64,000 nt of DNA, from contig NC_086100.1 of the NCBI RefSeq assembly GCF_963921235.1, forward strand, positions 167,090,001-167,154,000, written 5' to 3'. This DNA is from Mobula hypostoma (lineage: Eukaryota). This document shows, one piece after another, positions 11,701-25,100 of this stretch; position 1 is the first letter of the stretch; the number at the start of each line of letters is the position of its first letter. The position numbers were made by a program, and so were the translations under genes. The notes under the pieces are model-generated. The model had not been told where the DNA came from, ran no database searches, and was given only the letters and a program-made list of their open reading frames with translations.

Positions 11701-13459
11701 TCGGGCGGCAGAGTCTGCGCATTAGTGTCAGTATCTGGCTGTCGCTGCCAGCTATCTTAAGTGTTGTCCAGAATTGCAGACTATTCCCAAAAATTTGCAC
11801 ATTGCTGACAACAACTGGCCACTGATACCTGTGCTAGCAGGCAGCGCACATAGCTTCTGCCTCAGGTTGTTAGCAGTGAAGACTCGTCAAGTTTCCCATT
11901 TTCCTCCTCTTCAAATCTTACCCCTTTTATAAATAAAGCAGTCCTGATAAAGCGGGTTTAATCATCTGCATAGACACTGCCTGACCTGAATTCCCCCGGC
12001 AGTTTGTGTGTGTTGCTCCGGATTTGCTGCATCTCGTGTTTATCAAGTCCCCATCTCCACCTTTAACCTGTGGCACCAACATTTATCCTTAGATTGGGAC
12101 CGAAGCTGCTCACAAAACTTCGGTTCGCTGAGGGAGTCGGGGGGTGGTCACTTTAAAGCCTCGTTTATACTTCTGCGTCAACACGACGCCGTAACATACG
12201 CAAGTGGCTCTGTGCATCTGCAGCACGATATTTTGCTCTTGCAATGAAGATCGATGCACTACAGTATTTGGAGATCCCAGACTACAGATGCTGGAATTCG
12301 GAGCAACTAACAATATACTGGAGGAACTCAGTGGAAATTCCTTACCTCCCACAATGCCACTCAACCTTCGAGATCCTTCAAGAGAGCTTATTGTTCAACC
12401 TACCACCCTCTCCTTCACTGCCTGCTTCACCTGAACACTTGCTTTAAGTGACTGGATTTTAATGAAATCTGTCTCACGTATCTCCCCTTTTCCCCAGTGT
12501 ATCATAACCCCTGAATAATGATGTTGTTGGAACCAAAATTAGTGCCTGCCCGTTTAGAACAGAAGAGGATTTTTCCCCCTCCAGGGTCATCTGCCCCAGA
12601 GAACAGTGAGAAGTAATTTGATTTATTAGAGGTGGTGGAATCAAACACAATCACTACATCAAAGAGACATTTAGGCAGGCATTTGATTAACTAAAGCATG
12701 GGATATAGCTCTAATGCAGATAAACTGTTCAGCCTTTCCACCTACCACGTCTGTGCTGACCATAATGCCAAGTTTAACTGTATGTCCACATCTGTTTAAA
12801 TGTCTCTTAAGTAACACTATCATATTGCTTCCACCATCTCCCATGGCAGCACACCCCAGGTACCCATAACTGTAAAACGTGCCTCGTAAATCTTCTTCAA
12901 CTGTCTCCCTCTCATTGTAAACCTATACCCTCTACTATTTGTTATTTTCACCCTGGGAAATAAAAAGACTCTATATTCCTACCTAGGTGTTCCAGGCTTT
13001 ATGAACCTCTAACCTCTATCACGACAACCCTCAGCCTCCGATCCTCCAGAGAGAACAGTTCCAGGTTTGTCCAGCCTCTCATTATAGCTAATACTCTCCA
13101 ATCCGGGCAGTAGCTGTGACACTGGGTATAGCACTCTCGCTGAGTAACTTTGTGGGGTAGCAAGGATCTGGAGGGTGAAATGGCCTGTTTCTTGTGCTGC
13201 AGAGCTCCATGACCCAAAATGCAGAGGATCAATAGGCATTTCCACTAAAGGAGTCCAAAGATGGGGGGGGGGGGGAATGAGTAATGCTGAGGTCAAGAAT
13301 GGATTAGTCTTGATCTTGCTGAATGGCAAAGTTGACTAATTGGATTACTCCTAACGTTCTTCTAAGAATTTTGCAAGATCCAGGATAAATTGATTGTGTC
13401 ACCCTTCATCAAAACAAGCCCAGACTCAAAGCCATCCAGTTTACACACTTAAAATAACT

Positions 13460-13465
13460 TTTATT
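13460..13465 (-). terminator. Candidate distal poly(A) signal of DNAJB14 (proximal candidate at 15904-15909)
   Basis: AATAAA on the minus strand (TTTATT on plus) at the end of an AT-rich, UTR-like stretch. Confidence 0.35.
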
Positions 13466-15989
13466 TGATGCAGATTAAGAGAAAGGTACATTAAATATAT
13501 ATTACAATCAGCAATTCAAATGTGCAATTAGAATCTCAGCCGTTTCTACTAATTTCACTAACACAAGATGTGGGGCCTTTTTTGTTTAGAATTTTTAATG
13601 ATTAGGAATGATTCAGAATTGGTTAATACTTGGAAAGCGAGAAGAATAAGTGTCTGATTTTGAGTACAGTACAGCAAAGGTCAGTTCTTTAGCCCAAGTG
13701 TCTACGGAATCAGTTGGGTGAAGCAACTAATTGTAATATCTCCTTGGTAACAAGAGATTGCTGGATTATGGCACAACGTTCATAAACAAAAAGATGGAGG
13801 AACTCAACAGGTCATGCAGCAACTCAACAGAGATGAAAATCGATAACCAATGTTTCCGGTTTTGAAACATCAACCATCTAATTCCCTCCACAGATGTCAC
13901 CTGACTGAGTTTCTCCAGCTTTTTGTCTAAAGTCTCCACATTGTCCAATGATACAAATCCAAAACTTATTCTCCAAGGATACATTGGCCCTAAATAGATA
14001 ACAACAATGTCAAAGGACAAGTTGATGGCAAATGGAATAAGAACTTTTCCACTTTCACCGTTAAAACAGAAAACCAGATTTTCTTTCTTTTTTCTTTAAA
14101 CAGCAAAGCTGGGAGCTGAGAGTGTTCAGAGGGACCCAGACTCCCGATACATTAAAAACACCAGAGACTGCAACACTGGTATGTGGGGCAAAAAAAAACT
14201 GTTGGGAAGATCTCAGTGGGTCAGGCAGCATCTGTGGAATGATCAACATTTCCGGTCACGATCTTACATCAGGAAAATCAACATGCAGGGTAACAAGTAA
14301 TTTGGAAAGCAAATGGATGTTGGACTTCTATTGCAGGCGATTGGAAGAACAATAATAAAATATATATTACTATAATCACAGGTAAGACCACACCTGTAGT
14401 TACATGCGGCTGATCTTTTAACTGAGGAAGGGCCTATTTATGGGGAGTGTGATGAACGTTTAACAAACAGAAGCCTGAAATGGGGGGGGGGTCCCTATGT
14501 CATTACAGGAACAATTAACTAGAATGATTTCCCCATGCACCCACCCTCATGAGGAATGAATAGCAAGACTAAACCTACATTCCAAAGAGGCTGAAAGAAT
14601 GGGAGGTGATCTCACCAAACCAAAACGTTTATGGAAGAGGTCTTAAAATGCTCGAAGGCTTATTCTGGGCAGAAATGATCAAGAGAATGTCACAGCCTCC
14701 AAAGCTCAGCCACTTAGGCGCAAGGTGCGAAGGTATTCCTTCACTCAGATTAACGTCTTCAGGGCACCAAGGTTATCTCTGGCAAGTGTGTGCAAGTTGA
14801 GGTAGAAGATCAGGCACAGTCTCATTGAATAGTGAAGCAGACTTCACAGGCTGCTCCTTCTCCTCCTGTTCCCACTTATCACCAGCTTTGGGTACTTTCA
14901 TGGTCTGATAAAAGTACCCGCAAAGCCTTAGCTGTGCATGAAAAAGGTGTAAAATTTTACACATGATGACAGGCCATTGAAGTATTTGAGTTATGTTGAG
15001 ACTGGGAGTGCAGAGGAGAGATACATTTACCAGCTGCAAGTCAATCCATTAGAGGGGGCAGTCAGATTTTTCATTTCAGAAATCACGTCGTTCCCTCACC
15101 TTGCTCAATCTCCCGCACACACAACACAGTGCACAAATTCTAATTTGCACAGGGAGTTTCCTTCATGAATTTATATACATCTGTTATCTTTAGACACAGC
15201 TCAAAAGAAACAAAAGGCAGCTCTCAAGAATACATCACGACTGTACAATATTCACAAATCAAGAGGCTAATGTACTGTTATACATGCATCAGTGGACATT
15301 CTCAAGAACATCTACATAATCCTTAATATAAGGAGTATGTCATTATAATCACCTCATTGCTTACTGAAACTAGCAAGTGACAAAATTGGTCAATGAATTC
15401 ATCTCGTCAAAACAAATCTCCATGTCTCAAAAAGGGATTTATCTACAATTGCAGGACATTATAACCAAGGAATGCATTAAAATCCATCAAGAATGTACCA
15501 GAATTAGATTACTTTGTCAAGAGTCACTAAATATTTCAAAAGTACAAAATCTAAACCGAGAGTCAGGAAAGTCTTTTCAACTACACAAAGACAGTTATGG
15601 ATTGGGTTCATTAGCTCAGTTGGTATATGGGGTCCAACTTGTGTGAACTTCAACACAAGCACTCGGCTGAATTAAAAATGGAGACCCAATGCTCATAAAA
15701 CCCATGATATTAGCTGACATTAGTTCTATCGACTATAGTCATGTGCTTTTTTAAAAAGCTAATCTAGAATACACTGTATTGTATACAATAAAGTGAAGGG
15801 GGGGGTCACATGCACACACAGCCATCACAAATTGCTTTGGCTATAATCAGACACTCATGTAATCAGTCCAAAGGGCAGGGCTTTCAAGGTTACAAGACTT
15901 AGATTTATTCTTTTTAAAATAATGATAAATTGAAATGTCTCCCTGTACAATAAACATTTAAATTAAAAGGCAAGACCCTGTAGCCCAGC

Positions 15990-16114
15990 TCAGCCTCCTC
16001 GATACAAATCATTTAGTTTTGCTAGCTTCTCACAACTTTCCATCTTCATCAGCTCCGCTCTCTTTCGAAGGCGATCATCTCGGTACACCTTGGCCGCATA
16101 AAGATAGTCACTTC
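15990..16114 (-). CDS. DNAJB14: DNAJB14 exon 8 CDS (125 nt, includes stop)
   Basis: [40 protein letters not shown]; AAG acceptor; TGA at 15992-15990. Confidence 0.93.
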
Positions 16115-19100
16115 CTTTCACAGAAATAGCACAAAATTAGTACAAAGACCAGTAATGATAGATACTGAGAAAACTCTTCACCAGATGTTCATGATTAAGA
16201 GTAGAGTGATGTGGTGAAGAAATTTCTGGAGTCTGGATAACAGGGTATCGAACAGAGCAGGATGTTCAGCTCTTTTTCTACCTCTGCCTTATCCCAACCC
16301 TTTACCACAGCTTTCTAATTCCACACAGGAACATGTACATAATGCACTTTCAATAATGGACTCACTTTCAACATGACTCTACAACAGTATTATCTATTAT
16401 TAGCTTTTTTATATCTGCACAGTTTGTCTTCTATTGCACATTATTTCTTTGTCAGTAGTGTTTAATCAATTCTTTTGCATTTCGTGAATGCCCCCAAGAA
16501 ACTGATATGTGAGTGTGGGCACGTGGGCAAGTGGTTAAGGCATTGAACTAGCGACCTGAAGGTCGTGAGTTCGAGCCCCAGCCGAGGTAGCGTGTTGTGT
16601 CCTTGAGCAAGGCACTTAATCACACATTGCTCTGTGACGACACCGGTGCCAAGCTGTATGGGTCCTAATGCCCTTCCCTTGGACAACATTGGTGTCGCGA
16701 AGAGAGGAGACTTGCAGCATGGGCAACTGCTGGTCTTCCACACAACTTTGCCCAGGCCTGCGCCCTGGAGAGTGAAGACTTTCCAGGCGCAGATCCACGG
16801 TCTCACAAGACTAACGGATGCCTTTATATGGGAGTACTCAGCCAGCTGGTGGTGTAGTGGCATCCGCAGCAGACTGAGGGAAGTGGTCTCGAGTTCAAAT
16901 CTAGCCGGCTTCTTGCCCGTGCCGGTTTGAGTGTTGGGTAGCCACTCGGCCCCATTAAAAAAAACAAGCAAAAACGCTAATGAAGTGGCAAGGTTGCCAC
17001 TCAATTGTGTCACAGGGCGCGGAAAGGAACAAGCCATTATAATCATATCATTGCTTAAACCAACGAGGACAAGAAAAGATTACTGTAGTACCAAATCTCC
17101 ACATCTCAAAAAATGGATTTATCTATCCTTTCAGGACATTATGACCAAGGAATGCATTAACATCTATCTCGAGAACTCACTAGAATTAGATACTTTGTCA
17201 AGAGTCACTAAATGTTTCAAAAGTACAAAATCTAAACAGGATTAGTAAAGTCTCTTCAACCACACACAGGAAGTGCATTTTATCAATGTTCTAGATGCTG
17301 CATACACCTCTAGACTGTACCCAAAGGGACTTTACAGGGACAGCAGCCATGCTTCATTAGAACAATTCCTATGATGAAAAGTTGAGTGTAAATAGGATGT
17401 TCTGTGGAGCTTAGACTGACATGTGATCTCATTGACACATACCAGACTTTCATTTGTGGTTGGACAGCCTTGTATCAGGGACTGTGAAACAAGAGGAACT
17501 TAACCATTCATTCATGAAGTTGCCAATCTCTGATTTTCCCACTTCCAGATTCTTGACTATTAAAGGCAAAAGTGATCACTTGCCTCTGAGGGATGTACAG
17601 ACAGGTGCAGCTGGACTTGAAATGAGGATTGCCAAATTTACTATTTATATATTTATTTATTGAGATGCGGCATGGAATAGGCCCTTCAAGTTACACTGCC
17701 CAGCAATCCCCTGGATTTAATCTTGACCTAATCACAGGACAATTTAAAAATGTCCAATTAACTTACTGACTGGTATGTCTTTGGACTGTGGGAGGAAACT
17801 GGAGCACCCAGAGGAATCCTTTGGGGAGTATGTACAAACTCCTTACAGGCAGCGTCCGGAATTGAACCCGGGTTGCTGGTACTGTAAAGTGTTGTGCTAA
17901 CCACTATCTTAATGGCCAGTAGAGCACTGTGGTTCATTCCTGTTGCCATTAAAATCTTTCACTCTAACACACTACTAGATTTTCTTGAATAAATAACATT
18001 CATGTCAATCTAATCTTAATCCCATCCTTTTTCCATTTACTTTCCATTCACAGAATCAAGACAGATCAGCACAGGAGGTAATTCAGCCCATCAATCTATT
18101 CTGGCCAAGACTGACTATCCTGAGTCATCTCATTATTCAGATCTGTCTACTGTCCTATAGGCAGCTCTTTCTGCACTACCATTTAGGAGGATGGCGAGGG
18201 TTTCTGTCTCAACATCCTCTTTCAAGTAAGTTGCAGACGCTCCCACTACCACTTGCAGAGAAAGAAAAACTTTCCAACTTCCCCTTTACCTTAAACTGTC
18301 AAATATTCTATCCAAGTCTCAGTTTTACATATCTCTGTTAACTATACAGTTAGGACACAAGCCTTTCAGCAAGGACCCATTTACGTCAAACACCCAGTTG
18401 CACTGTAATCAGTTTACTCTCCCCAGAACCCCCCCTCCCCCAATCAACTCCCACTGCATGCTAAGGCTCATCCACACACAAAGACAGAAACAGGGATAGA
18501 GGGCTAGTGAGGGGCACGAGTGATCAGCTTGAATTTCCTGGGCATTAATATAATTGGATGACCTGTTCTGGGCCCAGCAGTCATAAGAAAAACTCACCAA
18601 TTTCTTTACGGGCACATCCCTCCCTACCATTGGTACTATCTAGGAGAGGTACTGCCTCAGGAAAGAAACATCCCAAGATCCCCACCATTCGGACATCCCA
18701 TCTTCTCACAGCTACTGTACCACCAAGCAGGAAGTATACAAGTCCAACGCCACCAGGTTCAAGAACAGCTATTCAGTTCTTAAATGAATCAGCAAAACCC
18801 TAATCACTAGAGTTCAGCACCGCTATGACGACTTTGCTTGAAAATGGACTTATTTGTTCCAATTGTGTCCTATCTTGTAGTAATTGTGGACAATTAATGT
18901 TTATGTTCTTCTGAATGCTTTGTACATGATGTTATGCTTTGTTCATGATGTGATTTGTGTGTGGTGCTGCTGCAAGTACATTTTCCATTTTCACTAAGCC
19001 CACAACTCAACTTTCTGTCCAGAAAATTTGCTGCTCTGGATCAAAGTACCAAGCTCCAAAAATTCCAAACAACCAGTTTCCCCCTATTCCTCACATCTTG

Positions 19101-22100
19101 TGTACGTTCCCAAATGCATCTTTTTATTGGAACTGACCAGATTCTGATTCAGACAAATCACTTGCCAATAAATCTTCACCAGTGTTTGAGGTCTCTGGGT
19201 TTAAACTCGATGGGAGTTCAGAAAGATATGATGGAGGAGCAGGAGAAGGGATCTCATTGAAACCTACTGGGTATAAATTGCCTCCGGATGTGGAGAGGAT
19301 GTTTCCGTTGGTAGCAGAGTCTGGGATCCAATGGCATAACCTCAGAATAAAAAGGACGTCCCTTTGGAATTGAGAAGATAAGGAATTGCTTCAGCCGGAG
19401 TAATGAATTTATTGCCATAGAGGGTGGTGGAGGCCGAGTTATTGGGTGTGCTTAAGCAAAGATTGATAGCTTCTTCATTGGTTAAGAAAAGAAAACAGGC
19501 ATGGTTCCTTGGCGGACAGATTTGATGGGCTGAATGGCCTAAATCTGCTCCTATATCTAATTGTTTTGTTCAAGTTGTTCCTGGAACCACAGCATTTACA
19601 GGGTCTCTGGTCACTGATACATTTTCACATTTTCCCCAGCAGGCTGAGGGTAAACCGATTTCTTCAGCCAAAATGTCATCCCCTGGGAATTCCTGCTTCA
19701 CCTCAGGGTGGCGATTCTCCTGTGGAAGAGTACATTAAATGACCCTACCCTGCTCATTCACAGGAGAACAGTGCCAAACAACAACCAGCTGAATGTCAGG
19801 TTGAAAGGAGGAGGAGAACTCATATCAATTCTGTCTAAATATGTGCTCCAAAGTGGAGGATGGTCACCCATTCCCCACCCCTTAGTTAGTCAACCAATCA
19901 ACATCAGTCTGCTAGGGTCCAGGTTGAATAAATGTAGTGAATCATCTTAAACCTTGCATTAAAATTGCCCCTGAAAAGGATTAAAGTTTCAGAAAGTCGA
20001 GTACAAGAAACTTACTCTCCTGCCGTTCCTTCCAGCAGTTATTTCGAAGGTTGGTTATATAATCTTCTTCAACACTTTTTTCCACTTTTTGTATCATCAC
20101 ACCTGTATATTCTTTTTCAAAGTCTTTGTTGACAAAATAAACTACTTTAAGGTTGCTGGTTTGCCTCTTGACAGTATGCCCCACAGCACTGCAAATGCAA
20201 AAGTTAGTCATTGAAACAAAAACTCAACTCATTTCTTCCAATCAATTAAATACAGGCTTATATTTATACAGCACCCAAAGCCATGGCAAGTTGATTTTAG
20301 TCTTATATAAAAAGGTATAGTCATCTTTTGGAGGGCAGAAGATCGGGAATGCTGATGACCTTCCGCGGAGTAGAAAGGACAGGTCGGATGATCTGCTCAC
20401 AGTCCAGAGCATGGATGTTATGGAAGCCATATCAACACAGGCCATCATTGATTATTTTAGATCTTGTCATTGCTCAACTGGTCTCCTACCATATTCAAAA
20501 TGTCAATCATGTTCCGACCAGAATTATTTAAGCAATGAGCAAAAAAACAAAACAATGAACAGAAATCTATTCCATGAATGTATACTTTAACCAAGCTACT
20601 CAGAAATTGGTGGCACCAATATAAATGCAACCACATTCTCTAGTGGGTTATTTTGCTTCCTTGTCGCATTGGTAGAGCAGCATTCACTATGGAAGATGCT
20701 CCAAATCAAAAATCTATAGTCCTTTAAAATAAATCTATTTGTAAGTCATTTCAACTACATTGTTGTTTTGAACACAGGGCTGTTTGTTCCCTTATGTCTT
20801 AAATGGACTGATGCTACAACTTATTGTTATAGCTCTATTTACACAAGTGATATAATTAATATAATTAGTTGTGCTTATCATCAGTTATGTATTCGGCTAA
20901 CATGCAAATGTGCCACACAAATGGAGTTTCACCCAAGCAAAACGAATTAGGAGAATATGAGGAAATCAGTAATACTTACGCTCGATAGTAGAGACTATAT
21001 GGTGGAGATGATACCATCAATTGGCTTAAAACAGACACCAAGATCAAGACAATTATAGGTAACAGCTGTAAAAACATCGAAAATCCTCCCTGTAAGTAAT
21101 AAGAATAAGGTAATTAATTTCCATAATTCAGCTCCAAGATAGATTTGGGAAAGTTCTCTCTCAAATGCTGAAACAACCCTTGATCAGATACTGAAGCACA
21201 TTACGGCAGAGACCACTTTCCCAGCTGAATCTCAGTTACTACTACCTGACCATCTTTCTTTAAAAGAACCCAGAGTATTTCATGGCAAAGAAATCAAGCC
21301 GCATGTAGATCAGATTGTTGTCGGATCAGTTCGGCTAACAGACAGGTGATGGGGGATTGCAGTATGGTGGAGTTAGGATCTGGCTATCACATATTCACCC
21401 CTATTTGTTGCTGGAAGGAAGGGCAAGCTGTCTACACAACTCACTTTATAAGATACTTCTCATGTTTGCAACACTGCTTTAAATATTAAGAGCTGGGAAA
21501 TTTACTGATAGATCCCAGTTAAGAAAAATGGGGAACCTCCATTTCAGTAGGGGAAAGCCCACAACTATTAAGTAAGAGAATTCAACTTGTTAGGGAAAGA
21601 AGTGGTTTTTAAACCAAAAGCAGCAACTGAAGCAGAATCCATAAACTAGTTGAGAACATGGGAAGAGAAGAAAAGCTGTCAACTGGATAAACTGGATAGC
21701 ACTGTTGCAAAAACTGTGGATGAAATGTTCAACTCATGATACTTCCCTTCTATTAAAAAAATGCTCTAGTGCTAGAAGGGCACTTGGCTGGCAATCGTGA
21801 GGAAAAAATTCTGTCAATAAAAGTTCACCACCCTCCCTTGCGTAGACTTGCTCCTTTCCCATGAACAGAAATCATAGCCTGTCCAGGAGCGCCTCATCAG
21901 TCCGACCGTGGGTGATCACCCAATTAGATTTAATAATTCTGACAGATAACAAACCATTTTGTACATGGAGTGTATCAAGATTAGGGACAATGGATTACAA
22001 ATTGAAATATCAACATAAAAAAGCTGGTGCTGTGTTCCTCCATATTTAGATACTAGGGTTTATTTGCTGTAATTATAGTTTAGTATTCTGTTACACCTTA

Positions 22101-25100
22101 AACAACATACTTTAATGTTTACATTCTGTTTTGCACAGCACGAATAGTTTATAGAAATTACAAATATCTTACCTATGCACCAACTCCCTCAGTGAAAACT
22201 CTAATGACACATTCTGGAGAAAGGGTGAACCATGGAGTCTGCCTGTGGAAGCTCTCGAAGTTGATGACTGAGCTAATCAGCTGGGCCATACATGTACATA
22301 CTTTAATAATAAATTTACTTTGAACTTCGATAATGATTGTGCAAGGAAGAGGCTCGGTGGGCTAACTTGGCAAATACATTATTCCAACACACTTGTATCA
22401 ATAAGTAGCATTGACACATTGATATGTAGATGTTACCCCAATATTTCCTGAATATACAAAGTTGGTCAGGAGGTACTTGACGGGGTGGCTATCTGGATAA
22501 TTTGAGATGTGGTATGCTCCTTCAGCTGGTTTCAGTGGGCTTCCATGTGCTCCAGATAAACCGCTTTTTTTTTGGGGGGGATGCCTGTTATCCATTTGGC
22601 TGGAGGTTCCCATCAGTCAGATGAAACATTACATTTTAAGGAACCTTTGAGAACATCGTTGAAGTGTTCCCAAGTAACCTCTTGCCATAACGGAGCTTAG
22701 AATAAAATTGCCTGTTCTGGGAATCTGGTGTTGGGTACTTGAGTAATGTGGCAAACTTGTTGGAGCTACTTAACTGCAGTTAGAACCTTGACACTGAGGA
22801 TAGATTCCTGACAGTCAGGGCATGAAGGGATACGGGGAGAAGGCAGGGGACTGGGGCTGACAGGAACATTGGATCAGCCATGATGAAATGGCCGAGCAGA
22901 CTCGATGGGCCAAATGGTCCTATATCCTATGGTCTTGTGGTCTTATACCCTCACATTTACCTGCTGTGGGGTCCTCAAGACTGTACTAATCACATGGAGC
23001 TACCTCGAGGTGCTGCTGCAGTGAATTTTAATGCCCCACCACCACCAGAAAGCTGCCACGGCCTCTACCATCTCCGGCAGGAACATCTTTCCCCACGATT
23101 TCTCAACGTCCCTGATTGATTTTCAGAGACAGAAAACATCCAAATGGGTTTTTTTAAAGTTCTGAAAGTTTACAAATGGTAAAAGTATAAAGATCTTCAC
23201 TGAGCCGCTCAAGGTCAGATCATCAGCAGTTAGGGTTTTAACGTGTGCCCTGGGAGCAGGGCAATTACGTACGTCTGCTCGCTCGTTGTCTCTATCAGCT
23301 CGGTGATACGATTGGTGCGTTGTAAACCTCGCTCTTCCATTGGAGTACGTCTGTGCACTACCTAAAATCGAGCAAACAATTAGACACTGCATATTTATCG
23401 CATTGACACCCTAGGACAGAGAGAGGTGGTCACTTTGCAAAGATAAAGAAAATGTAGTAGAAATGATCTAAGCCCATATAAAAAGCATCAAAACCGGAAT
23501 AAGAACGCCAGGAAAACAGTAGGCAACTGGAGCCTGCTCCACTATTCAATGTGATCATTTCTGATCTGCTCAAGGCCTCATCTGCTCTTCTGTGACAGCT
23601 CCCCAATCTATTAAATATTTACCTCCCTCCAATAACCCAATTTCCACAATCCTGAGGCGGAAAATTCCAGATTCCCCACTCTCTGAGATGAAATTTCTGC
23701 ACACCCCAGACCTAAATGATCGACCCCTCACTTTGAATGCATTTCACAAGTAGGAGAACCTAAAACATCTCGCATCTGGCCTACCAAAGCCTTGTATAAA
23801 AGAGAAAAACAATAACACAAGATCATTCCTACCAAATGCAGTAAGGATATACAACAGTTCATCTCTGTGTGACAGGAGAACACACGTCATAGTCTCTGTA
23901 TTATTATTTTGTACATTATTATTGCACATTGGTAAATTAATATTGTGTGTATTATTACTCTGTACTTCATTATTAGTTAAGTCTGCACACTACTAAACGT
24001 GTTTTTAAATGTTGCTGCTATAACATTACTTCGGATCAATAAAGTACTTATTATTACTATTATCAAGATCATTCCATATTCTTCCAAGCTCTAAAGAATG
24101 CAGACCCAGCTGCTTAGCCTCTCTTATCCCAGGAAGTCTCCTAGTTCACTTCTTTCAGACTGCCTCTTTTTCCTTAGTTAAGGTAACCTACATTGTCTGC
24201 AGTATTCGAAGTGTGGCCATAGATCTGCTTCAGTGGCAGGTGAATTGCAGAGGTCAAGGCCGGAGTTAATAGGTGCAATAATCAACCTCTTGAAGCACTG
24301 CATGAAGGAGGAAGGCGGAGCCATCAAGTAGGAGTCACCAAGGAACGTTACCTTGTTTTGCCTCAGGTACCAGAATGATAGTAGCCGTCGTAAAGCAGGT
24401 GCAAGCTTCAGACTGAAGCAGGGAGCGGTTAAAAATGTCTGTAAATACACCTGCCAGCTGGTCTGCGCAGCATCTAACACACAGCTAGGACACCACCTGG
24501 GGCCGATGCTTTCCGTGGGTTCACTCTCTGTAAGATTGATCTTACATCCGCATCGGTGACTGTGGATACAGATGCACCCGATGCTATTCCAATCTTCTTC
24601 TGCTCAAAGCGTGCACAGAATGCATTAAGCTCACTGGCTGGGGATAGGTTGTTGTTGGGGACGCAGCCGGACCGCACCTCCCTTCCATTTCTGACTGCTC
24701 ATGTGCTTGTCTGAATGGCTCTTCAAAGTTGTTGTTGTATCTACTTCCACCATCTTCCTTGACAGGTAGCTACCAACCACTGTAATAAAAACTGGCCTTG
24801 TAATTCTCCTCTAAACTCCCTCCCCCCTCACTTCAAACCTACGCACTCTGGAACTTCTGGGATAAAGAAACTGACTATCTAGCCTTATCTAAGACTCTCA
24901 GAAGCCTTTCTCTAAAACAAAAAGTTAGGATCTTAGCAATTGAAGACATACAGACCCTGCTCCAGCTGCCAATCAATGATGTACACCACACCAGCAAAGA
25001 ATGCCCCACCCCTAAGGGAACATATTTATTGAATATTGCACTCATGTCCCCTCTCAGAAACAAAATTCAGCAGTAAAGCGTTTACACTGAAATCACTTCA

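Larger units (their letters stand above)
15413..17270 (+). repeat. ~180 bp diverged direct duplication (15413-15590 and 17092-17270) flanking DNAJB14 exon 8
   Basis: Shared blocks such as ACTTTGTCAAGAGTCACTAAAT(A/G)TTTCAAAAGTACAAAATCTAAAC and CAGGACATTAT(A/G)ACCAAGGAATGCATTAA. Confidence 0.9.

Noticed and set aside
16515-16590. tRNA gene
   Set aside because: A and B boxes are present, but there is no closed acceptor stem and the sequence continues into a SINE body with TSD-like flanks.
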